Source: a virus (Duplodnaviria > Caudoviricetes). Taken from it: DNA of 64,000 bases. Of this stretch, positions 60,030 through 64,000 are shown piece after piece. How positions within the stretch are numbered: the stretch's first letter is position 1; every line of letters starts with the position of its first letter. Position numbers and translations under genes: made by a program. The DNA lies in the IMG/VR virus record IMGVR_UViG_3300028914_000066, positions 1 to 64,000 of that record; one strand, given 5' to 3'. The notes under the pieces are model-generated. The model saw nothing but the letters and a program-made list of their open reading frames with translations. It had not been told where the DNA came from and did no database searches.

Positions 60030-62972
60030 ATGGCTTGTGAAATAACATTTCCTCTTGCAGAAGAGTTATTAAGTAAAAATAAGTTTTATAATACATTAGC
60101 TAGTAAATTTGATACTCAAGCAGATTTATTAGCTTGTTTAGGAAGAATATTTAAACTTGATGTAAAAGAAATTTCTAAAAATAAAACTACAGTAACTAAA
60201 ATCATTTCTGGAGGACAAACAGGTGTAGATACTATTGGTTTACAAGTTGCTAAATCTTTAGGTATTGAAACTGGAGGAACTGCACCTAAAGGTTATCTTA
60301 GAGAACAAGGTGTAGATAATGAAGATATTAAATCTTATGGTCTTGTTGAAATAACTCCTGAAGAACAAGCTGATTATACAAAAAGAAAAGGTAAACAAGA
60401 TCCATATACAGGTAGAACTGAACTTAATGTTAGAAATTCAGATGGAACTGTATATTTTTCTTCAGAAGAAGATAGTGCTGGTAGAACAGCTACAAAAAGA
60501 GCTGCTGAGGAATGGAATAAACCTTTTATTGAAAATCCAACTAGTGAGCAATTAAAAGAATTTATAAAAAATAATAATATAAAAATTCTTAATGTAGCAG
60601 GTAATAGAGGTACAAAGCTTAAAAATAGTAATCAAATTAGTACAATTTTACAAAATGCTTTAATTGAAGAAATTGAACAAGTTAGTGATATTTCTATAAA
60701 TTTTTCTCCTCAATTTAGAGAATGGTATAAAGAACATTATAATAAATCATTACCCACTCTTAATAAGATAACTAGTTCGTCAATAGATGAACTAGTTTCT
60801 TCTGCTTTAGAATATAACTCTAAAGGTGCAGAAGATGGAAATGCTACTGCAAAAGTAAACGACTCTTATATTCTTTCTACAGAATATACAAATGGCAATT
60901 CTACTAGACTTCAAGGTATTAAAATAGCACAAGGTTTTGTATTTGATTCTTATTTTGATTTAAAATATCGTTTAAATCCTGAACAAATAAGACAACTTTA
61001 TGGAACTAGAAAATTAAGTTCACTTACTAAAGAAAATTATCAAACTGAAGTTATTGTAAAATATATGGATGCTTTGGTTGATACTATTAATAAAACTAGT
61101 AGTGATAATGAATTAAATTTAAATGCAATACATGAAAAATATATTACTGAAGATATATTAAATGAAAACTATAACAAATTCAAAGAATTTGGTATTGATG
61201 AAGATAACGCCATAGGATTAGCTAATGTACAAGCAGAATTAAACGCTATAGAACCTTTTGTTAATAAACAAAAGGCTTCTCCTTATGTGCTTAATATTAT
61301 AGCTGCTCTTCATGATATGCTTAATTTTAATGTTGAAAACATAAATGGAAAGCATACAAGAGTTCGCGATGATTACTTTAAAAAAGTTTGGTGTAATAGT
61401 CTTTTATCACAACTTAATATAAAAGATGAATTAGACTATGTTGATCAAATTGAATTACAAGAGGAAGATGAAAGAGATAATGATATTCAAATAGATACTA
61501 GTTTTAGAGATTATGAAAATCGTTTAGGTTCTGATTATAATTCTTATAAATTACATATTGGTAAAGATATCAATATGTATTTAAATCATTTAGATGATAT
61601 TGATTATTCAGAACATAATGATTTTGGACTTCCTTCTAAAATGGATTCTTCTAAAGTTGCATCTTTGTTATATAGCAGTGTAGATAGAAGAAGTCTTGAT
61701 GCTATGATAGAATCTATTAGAGTTTTATCTGAAAAAATTCCTGGATTTAAAGGTTTACAAATTTTATATAATGATTTGAAAGCTAATAAAGATTTAGCAG
61801 CTAAATTTTATGTATCATTTGCAAAATATAAAATGCCATCATTTGCTATAACAGTTGATGGTACGAATATTAATGTAAAGACAAATGAACATCAACTTAG
61901 TAAAGAAAGTGTATTAAGATTTTCTTATTATAGTGATGCTAGAAATACTGCTATTTATAATAATCTTTCACTTCTTGGACAAAAGAAATCTGATGCTAAA
62001 AATGCTATAGATGAATTTGAGAAAAATAGAGATAAATCACATAAAGAAGATGCTGTTATTAAATTAACTTCTTTAATTAAGGAATATATACCTAGTATTG
62101 ATTATGCTAACATTTATAATTTTGTTAGTAAATCAGGTATGGATGAATTACAAGCTATTAGAACAATAAATAGTTTATTAGATGAATTAATTCTTAATAT
62201 AGAAAATAGAAAAAATTATATAGATAGTCAAGCTTCTGATTATATTATGAATAATGAAGTTCTAACAAAAAATATAACAGGAGTTTTAAATCAATTTGTC
62301 AATTATTTATTACCTTATAGTAATCCTTTTGTTCAACTTACTGTTTCTAATGTATTAGGCAAAAATCATTCTGCTTTGGAAAATAATACTTTCCTTACAA
62401 GATTTATGGATATGCTTAATAGTGATTTAAATGATTATAAAAATGGTAAAGTTGGTCCACTTCTCGAACATTGTAGATATTTAATTAATAATACTAAACA
62501 ATTTAATTATAGTAGTATTTTATTAGAACAAACTGATGAAAATGGTATTATTAATCCTGGTTTAGTTAAATATGACGGAGAAGAATTAGTTTATACTCCT
62601 TATGCTAAAGATCTTATTAAAATTATAGATTTTGATGGTATAAAAGATGTATTTGGAGAAGGTGCTACTTATGTAAAAACTTCAGAAGTAGATTATTTAT
62701 TATCTACATTTAATGCTTTCTTTGAAGGTAGAGATGATAAAGTTGATTTTACTTTAGCACCATATCTTTTAAAAACTCCTTCTGATTCTAGTCATAATAA
62801 AGGAATGTATGCACCTGTTCATAGAATTACTAGTACAGATGAATTACATCCTGAATATAGTCTTTATGAATATAATAAAGATATTGTTAAACAACAAACT
62901 AGAGATTTATTTAAGAAAATAAAGTTTGGTAAATACGAAAAAGAAGTGTTAGTAAAGGTGCTGTTGAAATAA
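60030..62972 (+). CDS. virion RNA polymerase, N-terminal part with inserted SLOG (cpYpsA-like) domain
   Basis: ISGGQTGVD...GGTAPKG...RTELNVRNSDGT...NVAGNRG; LKTPSD; coding continues in the -1 frame. Confidence 0.7.
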   Translation: MACEITFPLAEELLSKNKFYNTLASKFDTQADLLACLGRIFKLDVKEISKNKTTVTKIISGGQTGVDTIGLQVAKSLGIETGGTAPKGYLREQGVDNEDIKSYGLVEITPEEQADYTKRKGKQDPYTGRTELNVRNSDGTVYFSSEEDSAGRTATKRAAEEWNKPFIENPTSEQLKEFIKNNNIKILNVAGNRGTKLKNSNQISTILQNALIEEIEQVSDISINFSPQFREWYKEHYNKSLPTLNKITSSSIDELVSSALEYNSKGAEDGNATAKVNDSYILSTEYTNGNSTRLQGIKIAQGFVFDSYFDLKYRLNPEQIRQLYGTRKLSSLTKENYQTEVIVKYMDALVDTINKTSSDNELNLNAIHEKYITEDILNENYNKFKEFGIDEDNAIGLANVQAELNAIEPFVNKQKASPYVLNIIAALHDMLNFNVENINGKHTRVRDDYFKKVWCNSLLSQLNIKDELDYVDQIELQEEDERDNDIQIDTSFRDYENRLGSDYNSYKLHIGKDINMYLNHLDDIDYSEHNDFGLPSKMDSSKVASLLYSSVDRRSLDAMIESIRVLSEKIPGFKGLQILYNDLKANKDLAAKFYVSFAKYKMPSFAITVDGTNINVKTNEHQLSKESVLRFSYYSDARNTAIYNNLSLLGQKKSDAKNAIDEFEKNRDKSHKEDAVIKLTSLIKEYIPSIDYANIYNFVSKSGMDELQAIRTINSLLDELILNIENRKNYIDSQASDYIMNNEVLTKNITGVLNQFVNYLLPYSNPFVQLTVSNVLGKNHSALENNTFLTRFMDMLNSDLNDYKNGKVGPLLEHCRYLINNTKQFNYSSILLEQTDENGIINPGLVKYDGEELVYTPYAKDLIKIIDFDGIKDVFGEGATYVKTSEVDYLLSTFNAFFEGRDDKVDFTLAPYLLKTPSDSSHNKGMYAPVHRITSTDELHPEYSLYEYNKDIVKQQTRDLFKKIKFGKYEKEVLVKVLLK

Positions 62973-64000
62973 CTTATGATAAATTTATGGATACTTTAAA
63001 ACAAGATAGTTTTAAAGTATTTGCTATTAATGAAAAAGCTATAAAAAGACCTTCACAAACTGAACATTATATTACATTTGAAGTTGATGATGAAGGCACA
63101 AAATATACTGTTGTAGTTGAAGGTAAGTATGATACTGAAAATAAAATATTTACTAGAAATACAGAAAATTATTTAACTATAATTAAAGAAGATGAAGAAA
63201 ATCTTTTAGATTTAGCTAATAGAGTTAAAGAATTAATTGCAAATGATATTATAAATAGACGTCATATTACTATTGGAGGAAATACTTGGTATAATGGACA
63301 GTTTTTAACTAAAACTGTAAATAAAGATCATGCTATTTATAAACAAATGCGTAATGCTTTCTTACAAGAAGCACAAAATGCAGGTACTGCTATTAAATTT
63401 ATGTTTGATACAGCAAATGGTAGTATAACTCCAAGTAATTTAATAACAAATAAAAAATCTAAATTCTATAATAATTATCATTATAAGAAAGAAGCTATAG
63501 TAGATGGTAAACTTACAGGTCAAGTTTTCACTTCAGATAGATTTACCTTAACTGATGATAAAGGAAACTTAGTTAATTATATGACTAAGAAATTTGAAGT
63601 TGATGGTAAAGTATATCAAGTAATAAATGATGATGTTATAGATATAAGTAAACCTAATGCTACATTTAATCCTTATAGCATCAATTTCCTTTACGGGGGT
63701 GCTGATTCATACTTACATCTTGATTCTGAGGGTAATGCTAAGCTAACTGCTAAACAAGAAGAAGCTTTAGATTATGCATTAACACAATATATACTAGATT
63801 ATGTTGAAGATAGTAAGAAAAGACTTTTACCTTATACTGATTTAATTCATAGTGCTTCTATGACTTCAGATGATAATATTGCAGAATATGCTCTTAATTA
63901 TCATATGATGTACATTAATTCTTGTGATTTATTTGATGGTGATAGTAAATTCTATAAGGATACACAAGATATATTTAAACGTTTAAAAGAAACTCAAGCT
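62933..64000 (+). CDS. virion RNA polymerase, continuation in -1 frame (open to window end)
   Basis: Stop-free frame from 62933 ending DLFDGDSKFYKDTQDIFKRLKETQA, a pattern recalled from crAss vRNAPs; catalytic motif lies outside the window. Confidence 0.7.
   Translation, partial: MRKRSVSKGAVEITYDKFMDTLKQDSFKVFAINEKAIKRPSQTEHYITFEVDDEGTKYTVVVEGKYDTENKIFTRNTENYLTIIKEDEENLLDLANRVKELIANDIINRRHITIGGNTWYNGQFLTKTVNKDHAIYKQMRNAFLQEAQNAGTAIKFMFDTANGSITPSNLITNKKSKFYNNYHYKKEAIVDGKLTGQVFTSDRFTLTDDKGNLVNYMTKKFEVDGKVYQVINDDVIDISKPNATFNPYSINFLYGGADSYLHLDSEGNAKLTAKQEEALDYALTQYILDYVEDSKKRLLPYTDLIHSASMTSDDNIAEYALNYHMMYINSCDLFDGDSKFYKDTQDIFKRLKETQA

Larger units (their letters stand above)
1047..63703. repeat. 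dispersed ~20-bp motif TTCYTYTTACRGGGGWGCT, about 21 copies in both orientations
   Basis: Forward near 1087, 4816, 8140, 12254, 16713, 18713, 24800, 30266, 37923, 42316, 49102, 56641, 63686; reverse near 1047, 8334, 18421, 26003, 37151, 42159, 49354, 58965. Confidence 0.9.

Noticed and set aside
1-64000. Stop-codon reassignment (TAG or TGA), known in some crAss-like phages
   Set aside because: Late genes are long and intact in the standard code, and the tRNA-Gln anticodon is TTG rather than a CTA suppressor

Overview
AT-rich, gene-dense 64 kb segment of a crAss-like bacteriophage (Crassvirales, probable Bacteroidota host). The major capsid protein N-terminus resembles the p-crAssphage type, from memory. 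Positions 1-7.8 kb (minus strand) hold a partial SF1 (RecD/Dda-like) helicase, many small early-type ORFs, three tRNAs (Gln-TTG, Leu-TAA, Glu-TTC) and hairpin-rich spacers. A divergent non-coding switch at about 7.8-8.6 kb is a candidate genome terminus or origin. From 8.6 kb to the end (plus strand) the order is: nuclease, lysis genes, terminase large subunit, portal, PI-PLC-like enzyme, lytic transglycosylase, scaffold, major capsid, neck/tail genes, a 2263-aa tail protein with a CotH-kinase-like domain, an accessory block, tail tube and muzzle, ejection cargo proteins, and the virion RNA polymerase, which has a SLOG insertion and a -1 frame break at about 62.95 kb. The standard genetic code fits. 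The most striking unexplained signal is a ~20-bp motif (TTCYTYTTACRGGGGWGCT) with about 21 copies in both orientations, inside and between genes. Other leads are repeat-flanked early micro-genes, a structured ~300-nt RNA candidate beside the tRNAs, an Acb2/Tad1-like fusion, and a six-gene accessory operon. All assignments come from motif recognition by eye and synteny; no searches were run.
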